Source: a virus
Taxonomy: Duplodnaviria > Caudoviricetes
Length of the DNA: 24,800 nucleotides
Direction: 5' to 3' (one strand)
Virus record (IMG/VR): IMGVR_UViG_3300037672_001138
Coordinates: 1 to 24,800 of that record
Position numbers and translations under genes: made by a program. Below the pieces are notes generated by a model. It saw only the letters and a program-made list of their open reading frames with translations. It made no database searches and was not told the origin of the DNA. Below are positions 7,581-17,287 of this stretch, in pieces. The stretch's first letter is position 1. Each line of letters opens with the position of its first letter.

Positions 7581-8856
7581 TATTGATGAAAGAATTAAAA
7601 GTCTCGTTAAAGATGTAGACCCACCATACTTTGCTAATAAAAATTGGGAACCAGGTAAACCTGTATATTATTCTGGACCTTATTGGGATGATCGGGAACT
7701 TGAAGTATCTGTTAAAGGACTTCTGCAAGGAAAGTGGTTAGCTTCTGGTGAAGAAGTTAATCGGTTTGAGAGAATGTTTTCCAAAAAATTTGGGAAGAAG
7801 TATTCTTTGATGGTCAACTCAGGTAGTTCTGCAAATCTTGTAATGATTGCAGCACTGAAGAAGAAACTTGGTTGGCAAGATGGAGATGAGATTATTGTAT
7901 CGTGTGTAGGATTTCCTACTACTATTGCACCTATTGTTCAAAATGGATTGAAACCAGTATTTGTTGACATTGATTTCTCTGATTTAAACTGGGATGTAAC
8001 TGAGATTGAAGATAAGATTACTACAAGGACTAAGGCTCTATTTTCTTCCCCTGTTCTTGGTAATCCCTATGATTATGATTGTATTATTGACATTTGTGAT
8101 AGATATAAAATTGAGTTGATTTCAGATAATTGTGATAGTCTTGGTAGTAAGTGGAAGAATAACTACCTGACAAATCATTCTATTGCTGCATCCTGTTCTT
8201 TTTATCCTGCTCATCATATTTGCACTGGTGAGGGTGGTATGATTTCATCTGATGATGAAGAACTTATTAATATTGCACGTAGTTTTGCTTGGTGGGGACG
8301 CGATTGTTATTGTGTTGGCACTCAAAACTTACTTGCTTGTGGAACTTGTGGTAAGAGATTTGATACTTGGATTGATAAGTATGATGGCATCATTGATCAC
8401 AAGTATGTCTATAGTATCATGGGATATAATCTAAAACCTATGGACTTTCAAGGCTCTATTGGTTGTGTTCAAATTGAAAAGCAAGATGAAATCCATGAAT
8501 TGCGTCGTAAGAATAAGAAACTGATGCAAGCACACTTTGAAAAAATTCCTGGTGTTCGTAGTGTAAATGAACTTCCTGATGCAGAGACAAGTTGGTTTGG
8601 TGTTCCTATTATTTGTGATAGTAGAGAAACAAAAACTAAACTAACTAAGCATCTGGAAGATAACAAAGTTCAGACTCGTAACTACTTTGCTGGTAATATT
8701 CTGATGCATCCTGGATATAGTCATCTTGATTACTATAAGAACTATCCAAATGCATGTAAGGTACTTGACTTGGTATTCTTTGTTGGATGCTCTCCCACCA
8801 TTACTGAGGGGATGATTGAATACGTTGGAACTGTAGTTGATTCTTTTGAGAAATGA
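7573..8856 (+). CDS. rfbH: NDP-4-keto-6-deoxyhexose 3-dehydratase (E1, RfbH/DdhC; DegT family)
   Basis: VNSGSSANL; SFYPAHHI with His at the PLP-lysine position; GRDCYC...C Fe-S ligands; DHKY; GYNLKP. Confidence 0.85.
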   Translation: MDSIDERIKSLVKDVDPPYFANKNWEPGKPVYYSGPYWDDRELEVSVKGLLQGKWLASGEEVNRFERMFSKKFGKKYSLMVNSGSSANLVMIAALKKKLGWQDGDEIIVSCVGFPTTIAPIVQNGLKPVFVDIDFSDLNWDVTEIEDKITTRTKALFSSPVLGNPYDYDCIIDICDRYKIELISDNCDSLGSKWKNNYLTNHSIAASCSFYPAHHICTGEGGMISSDDEELINIARSFAWWGRDCYCVGTQNLLACGTCGKRFDTWIDKYDGIIDHKYVYSIMGYNLKPMDFQGSIGCVQIEKQDEIHELRRKNKKLMQAHFEKIPGVRSVNELPDAETSWFGVPIICDSRETKTKLTKHLEDNKVQTRNYFAGNILMHPGYSHLDYYKNYPNACKVLDLVFFVGCSPTITEGMIEYVGTVVDSFEK

Positions 8857-10538
8857 GAGTAGCAGATTATGTTATTGATCAGATTTACAAGGCAGGTTGT
8901 GAGCACATCTTTCTTGTAACTGGTGGTGGGGCGATGTTTTTAAATGATGCAATTGCTGCTCATGAAAAAATTAAACCCGTCTGCAATCACCATGAACAAG
9001 CATGTGCGATGGGTGCAGTTGCATATGCAAAATATAAAAACAGTTTAGGTGCTGTTTGTGTTACTACTGGGTGTGGTGGAACTAATGCTATCACAGGACT
9101 TCTGGACGCATGGCAGGATAGTGTTCCTGTTATCTTTGTGTCTGGTAATGTTAATCGTCCTCACATGGCACCAGAGGGTGTTAGAAACCTTGGAGTTCAA
9201 GAAGCAAACATTATTGACATTGTAAAACCAATCACCAAGTATGCAACTGTGGTTGAAGATCCTGAGATGATTGATGAGGTAATGAAAGATGCGATTCGTA
9301 TTGCTACTCATGGTCGTCCTGGTCCTGTATGGATCGATATTCCTATGGACGTACAGGGTGTTGAATGTTTTAGTATTGAGGATGCTGTAAAGAGAGCAAA
9401 GAGACCTTTGATTCTTGCTGGTAACGGTATCAACTGCGCTCAAGCAAGAGAAGAGTTTAAGTTCTTTGTTGATCAGACAAACATTCCAGTTGTTACTTCA
9501 TACAATGGTGTTGATCTTATTTCCTCTGATGATAGAAACTATGTTGGTAGAGTTGGGGTAAAGGGAACTCGTGCTGGTAACTTTGCAATGCAAAATTGCG
9601 ACTTACTTCTTGTAATTGGTTGCCGTCTTCCTGTTCCTGTGACTGGATATAACTATAAAACTTTTGCTAGAGAAGCAGAAGTTATTGTTGTTGATATTGA
9701 TAAGGACGAACACTCAAAGGATACAGTAAAGATTGATAGATTTATTAATCGTGATGCAAAAAACTTTCTTGATCTTTATTGGTTTGATCGTAGCAAGAGT
9801 GATTGGAATTATCTTTGTGAAGAGTGGAAAGAAAAATGGCCAGTATGCCCTACGAAGAATCCATCTGAAAAAGTAGATCTCTATTACTTCATGCAGTGTC
9901 TGAATACTCTGAAGAGAGATGATGATGTTGTAATTTCTGATGCAGGTTCTGCATTCTATGTTTGTTCTCAAGCAACTACAATTAAAAATCAACAGAGATA
10001 TATTACATCCAGTTCTCAAGCAGAGATGGGATTTACAATTCCTGCCTGTATTGGTGCTGCATTTGCTAAGGATGGTGATGTGATTGGAGTGACTGGTGAT
10101 GGATCATTTATGATGAACATGCAAGAACTTCAAACTATTGTTCATTACAATCTTCCTGTTAAATTATTTGTGTGGAACAACGAAGGATATCTTTCTATTC
10201 GCACCACACAGAAAAAGTTTTTTGAAGGTAGAGAGATAGGAACTGATGCATCAAGTGGTGTATCTATTCCAGACATAGATAAAATATCAGAGAGTTTTGG
10301 TATTCCATATGTTCGTGCCACTGCTGATAATATTGAAAGATCAGTAAGTTATACACTGGATCAAAAAGGTCCAGTAATTTGCGAAGTCTTCTGTGAAAAA
10401 TGGCAAGAGGTTGTACCCACAATGCAGGGAAGAAAAAATGCTGACGGAACAATCAGTGCTCCTCCATTAGAAGATATGTATCCCTTCTTGCCTAGAGAAG
10501 AGTTTTATGATAACATGATAATTAAGCCCCTAGATTAA
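8853..10538 (+). CDS. ThDP-dependent acetolactate-synthase-like enzyme (YerE-like)
   Basis: TGGGAMFLND, HHEQA, GRPGPVWIDIP, GDGSFMMN...NN ThDP motif; directly follows rfbH. Confidence 0.85.
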   Translation: MRVADYVIDQIYKAGCEHIFLVTGGGAMFLNDAIAAHEKIKPVCNHHEQACAMGAVAYAKYKNSLGAVCVTTGCGGTNAITGLLDAWQDSVPVIFVSGNVNRPHMAPEGVRNLGVQEANIIDIVKPITKYATVVEDPEMIDEVMKDAIRIATHGRPGPVWIDIPMDVQGVECFSIEDAVKRAKRPLILAGNGINCAQAREEFKFFVDQTNIPVVTSYNGVDLISSDDRNYVGRVGVKGTRAGNFAMQNCDLLLVIGCRLPVPVTGYNYKTFAREAEVIVVDIDKDEHSKDTVKIDRFINRDAKNFLDLYWFDRSKSDWNYLCEEWKEKWPVCPTKNPSEKVDLYYFMQCLNTLKRDDDVVISDAGSAFYVCSQATTIKNQQRYITSSSQAEMGFTIPACIGAAFAKDGDVIGVTGDGSFMMNMQELQTIVHYNLPVKLFVWNNEGYLSIRTTQKKFFEGREIGTDASSGVSIPDIDKISESFGIPYVRATADNIERSVSYTLDQKGPVICEVFCEKWQEVVPTMQGRKNADGTISAPPLEDMYPFLPREEFYDNMIIKPLD

Positions 10539-10539
10539 T

Positions 10540-11406
10540 ATGCCTGCTGACAATAAAGATAAGGTAACTATCCTTAAGTTACGCAAACAAAAACAGAATG
10601 ATGTTAAGACTGTAGGTGTCACTGCTTATGATTACCCACAAGCACTAATGGCAGACAATGCTGGTGTTGATTGGGTTCTTGTCGGTGACTCTTTAGGTAT
10701 GACAACACTGGGATATAAAACTACTATTCCAGTGACTATGGATGATATGTTACGATCTGCTAAAGCAGTTTCCCGTGGCGTAAGTCGTGCATTTACTGTT
10801 GGTGATATGCCATATATGTCATATCAAATTTCTAATGAAGAAGCAGTTCGTAATGCTGGAGACTTTATTAAAGCAGGAATGGATGCTGTAAAGGTTGAAG
10901 GGTGTATGATTGAAAGGATTGAAGCAATCTGCAATTCTGGTATTATGGTGATGAGTCACCTTGGACTAACTCCACATACTCGTGCTAAACTTGGTGGGTA
11001 TCGTGTTCAGGGTAAAACTGCAGACCAAGCAAAAGTAATCCTTGAGCAAGCTTTGCGTCTCCAAGATGCAGGTTGTTCTTTCTTGTTACTTGAAGCAATG
11101 CCAAGAGAATCTGCTGCTATGATTGCAGATTCTTTAGACATTCCCGTTTATGGTATTGGTGCCGGTGATAAAGTTAATGGTCAACTTGTTATTATGCACG
11201 ATTTGATTGGACTCTTCTGGGAGTTTAAATCAAAATTTGTTAAACGTTATTGTGAAGCAGGACAATTAATTGAATCTGCTTTATCTGATTATGTAAATGA
11301 AGTTCGTGATCTCCAGTTCCCTGCAGAAGAGAACTTCTATCAGATTAAAGATGATGAATTAGATAAACTATTAGGAGACTCTAAGTGGAAGTATGAAAAA
11401 GGGTAA
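10540..11406 (+). CDS. panB: ketopantoate hydroxymethyltransferase family protein
   Basis: TAYD, LVGDSLGM, DMPYMSY, AVKVEG, HLGLTP, YRVQG, GIGAG..GQ motifs. Confidence 0.9.
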   Translation: MPADNKDKVTILKLRKQKQNDVKTVGVTAYDYPQALMADNAGVDWVLVGDSLGMTTLGYKTTIPVTMDDMLRSAKAVSRGVSRAFTVGDMPYMSYQISNEEAVRNAGDFIKAGMDAVKVEGCMIERIEAICNSGIMVMSHLGLTPHTRAKLGGYRVQGKTADQAKVILEQALRLQDAGCSFLLLEAMPRESAAMIADSLDIPVYGIGAGDKVNGQLVIMHDLIGLFWEFKSKFVKRYCEAGQLIESALSDYVNEVRDLQFPAEENFYQIKDDELDKLLGDSKWKYEKG

Positions 11407-12235
11407 AATTCTTTTCACTGGTGGCAATGGATTTATTGGACGCCAGATTGTCCCGTTCTTAATTGAAGATGGATGGGAAGTAATTAGACCTCGTTCCACT
11501 CAAGTTAGACTTGAAGTGTTGGATGAGGTTGAGACTTTGTTTAACAATGGTCAGCATTACGATGCAATTATTCATGGTGCTATTGTTGGTGGACGTAGAG
11601 ATGTTGATGATGATGCTAAAGTTTTTTACACAAACATGAGTATGTTTGAAACTTTATTTCGATATATTGATCAGACTAATATGTTTATCAACTTTGATAG
11701 TGGTGCATCATATGGCCGCCCTGCTCTTGTTGAGTGTCCAGGACCTGAAAATTTTGGTCAAGTGATACCTAAAGATTACTATGGTATGTCCAAGTATTGT
11801 ATTGCCAAAAGAGTATTAGATAATCCAAAGAGTATTAATCTTAGAATCTTTGGGTGTTTTGGTCAGCACGAAGAATCCACTAGGTTCTTTAGCACAAACA
11901 TTAAAAACTATATTAATAAAGAAGATATTGTTATTACCAAAAATAGAAAAATAGATTTTATCTATTCTGATGATTTGTATAAGATTATTAAATACTATCT
12001 GGATGGTAATGATGGCCCGAAAGATATAAATTGTGTATATCCTGAGAAATATAATCTAAATGACATTGCAAAGATTATTAATAATCTTGATAAGCATTCA
12101 GTTTCTATTAAAAAAGAGGGTCAGTATAATGAGTTTTCTTATTGTGGAAAATCAAATAGTTTACCCATCAAATATGATGGATTAAAGAAGGGTATTAAAG
12201 ATGTCTATGAATATTTTTGTCAACGGAACATTTGA
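11393..12235 (+). CDS. extended SDR sugar reductase/epimerase
   Basis: TGGNGFIG, SGASY, YGMSK. Confidence 0.85.
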   Translation: MKKGKILFTGGNGFIGRQIVPFLIEDGWEVIRPRSTQVRLEVLDEVETLFNNGQHYDAIIHGAIVGGRRDVDDDAKVFYTNMSMFETLFRYIDQTNMFINFDSGASYGRPALVECPGPENFGQVIPKDYYGMSKYCIAKRVLDNPKSINLRIFGCFGQHEESTRFFSTNIKNYINKEDIVITKNRKIDFIYSDDLYKIIKYYLDGNDGPKDINCVYPEKYNLNDIAKIINNLDKHSVSIKKEGQYNEFSYCGKSNSLPIKYDGLKKGIKDVYEYFCQRNI

Positions 12236-12605
12236 TATTCTTCATCCAGGACACATTCAACTTTTAAACTATGCCAAATCCTTAGGTGATACTCTTACTG
12301 TTGGTATAGACAGTGATCGTAGAGTTCAGGAAAAGAAAGGTCCAACTAGACCAGTAAATAGTGTAGGTGATAGGGCATACATGCTCCAGAATCTAAAAGC
12401 AGTTGATTACATTGTAATTTTTGATAGTGATGAAGAGTTGAAATGCTGTATAAAAACAGTAAAACCTGATATAATGGTTGTAGGATCTGACTGGAAAGAT
12501 AAGTCAGTTATTGGTTCAATGTACGCTGCTGAACTGAGGTTCTTTGATAGAATAGAAGAGTATGCAACAACAAAAACAATTGAAAGTATTATTGATCGGA
12601 GATAG
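12207..12605 (+). CDS. hldC: heptose-1-phosphate nucleotidyltransferase (RfaE domain II / HldC-like)
   Basis: NGTFDILHPGH, VGIDSD, KGPTRPVN...R, VGSDW. Confidence 0.8.
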   Translation: MNIFVNGTFDILHPGHIQLLNYAKSLGDTLTVGIDSDRRVQEKKGPTRPVNSVGDRAYMLQNLKAVDYIVIFDSDEELKCCIKTVKPDIMVVGSDWKDKSVIGSMYAAELRFFDRIEEYATTKTIESIIDRR

Positions 12606-13311
12606 TTGTACCGACGAATATGTTTATGGGGTATGTGAGCGTCTTAATCCAGAGGCTCCCGTCCCCATTTTGAAGTATGATCGTGTAGAAACTCAGAAAG
12701 GCATGGCACTAAATGTCAAAGAAAACCTTTCTGCGTTTGGAATTGAAGTTACTATGATCACTCAAGATGAACCAATAGTAAAAAGAAGATACATTGATCA
12801 AAGATATAATCAACAAATTTTAAGAGTAGATACTGAAGATTATGTAGAACCTTTAAATGTTGATTTGCCACAAGAACATTTTGATGCTCTTGTAATTTCT
12901 GATTATGATAAAGGGTTCATTACATTAGAAAGAATGTTTGAATTGGTAGAATGGTTTGATGGACCAGTATTCATTGACAGTAAGAAAACAATTCTACCAC
13001 TAGAGAATGCTTATATAAAAATTAATTCTGATGAGTATTCAAAGTTAGAAGTAAAATCTGACAATCTTATTGTGACAAAAGGATCTGGTGGTGCTGATTA
13101 TCAGGGCAAAAACTATCCAGGAATTGGAGTTGGTGTATTTGATGTTGTAGGTGCAGGTGATACTTTCTTATCAGCACTGGTTTACTTTTATCTTTTATGT
13201 GGTAAAATAGAAGGTGCAATACCTTATGCAAATAAGGCAGCAGCTATTGCTGTTACGCACTTTGGAACTTATGTATTAAAAGGGAGGGACATTAATGAAA
13301 TATGTAATTGA
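12562..13311 (+). CDS. hldA: PfkB-family heptose-7-phosphate kinase (RfaE domain I / HldA-like)
   Basis: IGDSCTD, RLNPEAPVP, ISDYDKG, DVVGAGDTF; start could be TTG 12580. Confidence 0.8.
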   Translation: MQQQKQLKVLLIGDSCTDEYVYGVCERLNPEAPVPILKYDRVETQKGMALNVKENLSAFGIEVTMITQDEPIVKRRYIDQRYNQQILRVDTEDYVEPLNVDLPQEHFDALVISDYDKGFITLERMFELVEWFDGPVFIDSKKTILPLENAYIKINSDEYSKLEVKSDNLIVTKGSGGADYQGKNYPGIGVGVFDVVGAGDTFLSALVYFYLLCGKIEGAIPYANKAAAIAVTHFGTYVLKGRDINEICN

Positions 13312-13627
13312 TATTGATGGAACTATTTGTAGTCCTACTGTGGGTAGGGATTATGAAAGTGCCAAACCATGGCAGGATAGAATAGATACCATAAATAAAC
13401 TTTATGATGATGGGAATACTATCACATATTTTACTGCTCGTGGTATGGGAAGATTTGATGGAGATCCTGATGCAGCAACTAAAGCTGCTGCTATCTTAAC
13501 AGACTTAACTAAGAACCAGTTAAAATCTTGGGGTTGTAAATATCATAATCTAATACTCGGCAAACCTCATGCTGATTATTTTATAGACGATAAAGGAATA
13601 CACTCAGATGATTTCTTCAGAGATTAA
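13295..13627 (+). CDS. HAD-family phosphatase (capsule biosynthesis type)
   Basis: DIDGT, FTARG, GKP...IDDK motifs. Confidence 0.85.
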   Translation: MKYVIDIDGTICSPTVGRDYESAKPWQDRIDTINKLYDDGNTITYFTARGMGRFDGDPDAATKAAAILTDLTKNQLKSWGCKYHNLILGKPHADYFIDDKGIHSDDFFRD

Positions 13628-13964
13628 ACACGTTCCCAAAGGTTGGGGATATGAAAAATGGATCTGTAATACTGAAGAGTATTGTGGCAAACTTCTTTTC
13701 TTTGATCAGGGAAAGGAATGTTCATGGCATTATCACAAACTAAAAGATGAAACATTCTACCTTCAAAGTGGTATGTTAAATTTGACTTATGGGGATACTG
13801 ATGATATAGTGAATGCAAAAACTATTACTTTATCTGAGGGAGATAAGTTTCATATCTATCGTGGACTTAGACATAAGATGAAAGCTATTACTGATGCTGA
13901 GTTATTTGAATTTTCTACACAGCATTTTGATTCTGATAGTTATAGAATTATTAAAGGAGACTAA
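13608..13964 (+). CDS. cupin sugar isomerase-like protein (mannose-6-phosphate isomerase C-terminal type)
   Basis: KGWGYE, SWHYHKLKDETFY, later H metal ligand, EFST. Confidence 0.8.
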   Translation: MISSEIKHVPKGWGYEKWICNTEEYCGKLLFFDQGKECSWHYHKLKDETFYLQSGMLNLTYGDTDDIVNAKTITLSEGDKFHIYRGLRHKMKAITDAELFEFSTQHFDSDSYRIIKGD

Positions 13965-14815
13965 TGAACATTACTATTTTAGGATCTGCTGGACAGATCG
14001 GTGCTTATCTATCAGACTACTTAAAAGATAAAGGACATCATGTAAGCAATGTTGATATTGTAAATGGTGTTCAATTTGATTTGAGAGTGACACCTAGCAC
14101 TGTAGTAGAGAATGCAATTCAGTATGCTGACTTTGTATTCTTCCTTGCATTTGACGTAGGTGGTTCACGTTACCTGAAGAAGTATCAACATACATTTGAG
14201 TTTGTCAATAACAATACTCGTATGATGGCAAATACTTTCCGTCTACTTGGCAAACATAAAAAGAGATTTGTCTTTGCTTCATCTCAAATGAGTAACATGT
14301 CTTACTCTCCTTATGGTGTGATGAAGAGAGTTGGTGAACTTCATACCACTGCACTTAAGGGACTGACTGTTAAGTTTTGGAATGTTTATGGCATTGAAAA
14401 TGATATGGAGAAGGCGCATGTGATCACTGATTTCATCCGTAAGGGATTTGAAGATGGTCAATTTGAGATGATGACAGATGGCACAGAAGAACGTCAGTTC
14501 CTGTATGCTGAGGACTGCTGTGAAGCATTAGAGACGGTTATGGAAAACTATACCGACTTCAAACCAGAAGATCCACTACACATCACATCATTTAGATCAG
14601 AAACAATCAAAGAAGTTGCCTCTATTATTAAAGGATGTTTTGCTATTGATGGTAATTATGATATCGAGATCAAACCTGGTCTAGCAAAGGATAGTGTTCA
14701 GATGGATAAAAGAAATGAAGCCGACAATTATATTTTAAACTGGTGGGTTCCTAAGACTACTATTGATGTTGGCATTAGAAAAGTGTATAATGAAATGAAG
14801 AAGGAGTATGTCTAA
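13964..14815 (+). CDS. NAD-dependent epimerase/dehydratase
   Basis: GSAGQIG, FASS, YGVMK, NVYG, DGTEERQFLY. Confidence 0.85.
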   Translation: MNITILGSAGQIGAYLSDYLKDKGHHVSNVDIVNGVQFDLRVTPSTVVENAIQYADFVFFLAFDVGGSRYLKKYQHTFEFVNNNTRMMANTFRLLGKHKKRFVFASSQMSNMSYSPYGVMKRVGELHTTALKGLTVKFWNVYGIENDMEKAHVITDFIRKGFEDGQFEMMTDGTEERQFLYAEDCCEALETVMENYTDFKPEDPLHITSFRSETIKEVASIIKGCFAIDGNYDIEIKPGLAKDSVQMDKRNEADNYILNWWVPKTTIDVGIRKVYNEMKKEYV

Positions 14816-15672
14816 TGTTATCGTTTAATAAACTTGGTAAGTCTGGTCGTCTTGGCAATCAGATGTTTCAGTATGCATCATTGAGAGGTATTGCTGCTAA
14901 TCGTGGATTTGATTGGGTTGTTCCTCCTTCAGGTACATCAGGTATTGATGAGTTTGGTTGTGAGAACAACTATTGTATGTTTGAAACATTCAAGATGACT
15001 GGCGCTACAGAAGAGCATCAGTCAGTTCCAGAAATGAAGCAATGGGCCCAATGGAAAGAGTTTCATTTTAATGAACAACTCTTCAATCAGTGTCCAGATA
15101 ATGTCAATCTCGATGGATACTTTCAAACAGAAAAGTATTTTAAGAATGTAGAAAAAGAAATTCGTGAAGACTTTCAATTTCAAGATTCTATCTATCAACC
15201 ATGCAAAGAGATGATTGATAGTATTGATGGTGAAAGAAAAATCTTTTTACATATCCGTCGTGGTGATCCTAAACTTCCATGGGCATATGTAAATCTGGAA
15301 GCAGCACATCCAGTATGCACCTGGGAATATTATGAAAGAGCACTTGCACAATTTCCAGATGATATTCCTGTTATTGTTTTCTCTGATGTGATTGAATGGT
15401 GTAAGGAGCAAGAGTTTTTTAAAGCAGATAGATTTATCTTCTCAGAGACCACTGATGAACTCTATGACGGGCAGAGAGTGCCTTGGACAGATCTTTGTCT
15501 TATGTCTCTCTGCACCGATGCTATCATCGCTAATAGTTCATTCTCATGGTGGGGCGCATGGTTGATTGATAATCCAAATAAAAATGTTGTTGCACCTAAG
15601 AAGTGGTTTGGTTCTCAATATGATCACTATAATATGAATGATTTGATTCCTGAAGAATGGCAATGGATTTAA
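14815..15672 (+). CDS. glycosyltransferase family 11 (alpha-1,2-fucosyltransferase-like)
   Basis: GRLGNQMFQYA, GYFQ, HIRRGD, FSD, IIANSSFSWWGAWL. Confidence 0.9.
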   Translation: MLSFNKLGKSGRLGNQMFQYASLRGIAANRGFDWVVPPSGTSGIDEFGCENNYCMFETFKMTGATEEHQSVPEMKQWAQWKEFHFNEQLFNQCPDNVNLDGYFQTEKYFKNVEKEIREDFQFQDSIYQPCKEMIDSIDGERKIFLHIRRGDPKLPWAYVNLEAAHPVCTWEYYERALAQFPDDIPVIVFSDVIEWCKEQEFFKADRFIFSETTDELYDGQRVPWTDLCLMSLCTDAIIANSSFSWWGAWLIDNPNKNVVAPKKWFGSQYDHYNMNDLIPEEWQWI

Positions 15673-16466
15673 CTTTTCTTATTCCGACTAAGATTGAAAC
15701 AGAAGATAGGTTGAAAAACATTATTGCTTCTGTCTCATACCTTCTTCATCATACTAGAGCAAAGGTTATTGTTAAAGAAGTTTCTAATAGATCTATCTTT
15801 AAGTTTAGAGCTTTGCCTGAGATTAAAAAATATGTTCCTGTTGATAGGTTGACGTATCTTTATGAGGAAACTCAAGAACCACTTTTTTGTAAAAGCAGAG
15901 TTCTTAATGATTTAATTGTTGCCTCTGATACATCAGTGGTTGCAAATTATGATGCTGATTGTATTCTTCCAAAAGAATCTTATGGCCAAGCATATGATTT
16001 AATTATGCTTGATAAGGCAGATGTGGTGTATCCTTATCAGTGTGGAATCTACCAGTGGCGTGCTAATTTTAGTATGCCAATCTATGAAGAGTTTGTGAAA
16101 ACTCTTCGAACTTCAACACTGGATAAAAATAAAACCCTACATAATTCTACGATTGGTTGGTGTCAATTTATTAATCGTAAAAAATATATTGATTCTTATA
16201 TGATGAATGAAAATTTCATTTCATGGGGATGTGAAGATGATGAATTTTATTTTAGAATGAGTACACTTGGCAATAGAATTCTTAGACTTAATAACTATGC
16301 CTATCATTTAGAACATGATAGAACATATAACTCTTGGTTTACTAATCCAAATTTCAATAATAATTTTAATCTTTGGAATCAAATTAAAACATTTGACAAG
16401 GAGAAGTTGATGAGTTATTATGAGAACCAGGACTATCTGAAAACACGCAAAGCACAAATGAAATGA
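15657..16466 (+). CDS. GT-A glycosyltransferase (GT2/GT7-like)
   Basis: YDADC DxD motif, MNENFISWGCEDDEF, YHLEH. Confidence 0.8.
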   Translation: MAMDLTFLIPTKIETEDRLKNIIASVSYLLHHTRAKVIVKEVSNRSIFKFRALPEIKKYVPVDRLTYLYEETQEPLFCKSRVLNDLIVASDTSVVANYDADCILPKESYGQAYDLIMLDKADVVYPYQCGIYQWRANFSMPIYEEFVKTLRTSTLDKNKTLHNSTIGWCQFINRKKYIDSYMMNENFISWGCEDDEFYFRMSTLGNRILRLNNYAYHLEHDRTYNSWFTNPNFNNNFNLWNQIKTFDKEKLMSYYENQDYLKTRKAQMK

Positions 16467-17287
16467 TAGGATTTAATGCCTTAGGGCGAATGGGTAGACT
16501 TGCTAACCAGATGTTTCAATATGCTTCTCTGAAGGGTATTGCAAGAAACACTGGAGTAGATATTACTATTCCACATTATACTCAAGCAGTTGATGATGGC
16601 ATTGGTAATAAACTTAGAACAGAACTATTTGATTCTTTTGATTTGCAAACTAATGTTGGCCTTTTAAATAAGGGTCATGCACCAGTTGTTCAAGAAAGGT
16701 TCTTCCAATTTGACGAAGAACTTTTTCGTATGTGTCCTGATCATATAAGTCTGCAAGGATATTTCCAAACAGAAAAATACTTCAAACATATTGAAGGTGA
16801 AATTCGTGATGACTTTACTTTTAATAATGAAGTTTTGAATCCTTGTAAAGAGATGATGAAGTCTCTTGATAGTCCTATTGCTTTGCATGTTCGTCGCACT
16901 GACTATGTAACTAATAGTGAGAATCATTTCAATCTTCCGCTTGCTTATTACGAAGCAGCCTTGAAACATTTTGATGATGATAGAACTGTAATTGTGTTTT
17001 CGGATGATCCTGAGTGGTGCAATCAGCAGGACTTGTTCTCTGGTGATCGTTTCTTAGTTTCTGAAAATGATGATAACAGAGTTGACCTCTGCTTGATGAC
17101 TCTCTGTAGTGATTTTATTATTGCCAACTCCTCATACTCTTGGTGGGGTGCATGGTTATCTATGAACAAGAGTAAAAAAGTCATTGCCCCTGTGCAATGG
17201 TTTGGTAAAACTGGATATACAAAAGATCACAACACTCAAGATTTGATTCCTGATGGATGGACAAGAATTAAAGATGGACAAGAATAA
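16463..17287 (+). CDS. glycosyltransferase family 11, second paralog
   Basis: GRLANQMFQYA, HVRRTDY, FSDD, IIANSSYSWWGAWL. Confidence 0.9.
   Translation: MIGFNALGRMGRLANQMFQYASLKGIARNTGVDITIPHYTQAVDDGIGNKLRTELFDSFDLQTNVGLLNKGHAPVVQERFFQFDEELFRMCPDHISLQGYFQTEKYFKHIEGEIRDDFTFNNEVLNPCKEMMKSLDSPIALHVRRTDYVTNSENHFNLPLAYYEAALKHFDDDRTVIVFSDDPEWCNQQDLFSGDRFLVSENDDNRVDLCLMTLCSDFIIANSSYSWWGAWLSMNKSKKVIAPVQWFGKTGYTKDHNTQDLIPDGWTRIKDGQE

Noticed and set aside
8853-11406. Housekeeping branched-chain amino acid or pantothenate pathway
   Set aside because: No ilvH, ilvC, ilvD, panC or panE nearby and the genes are embedded between sugar enzymes; not formally excluded
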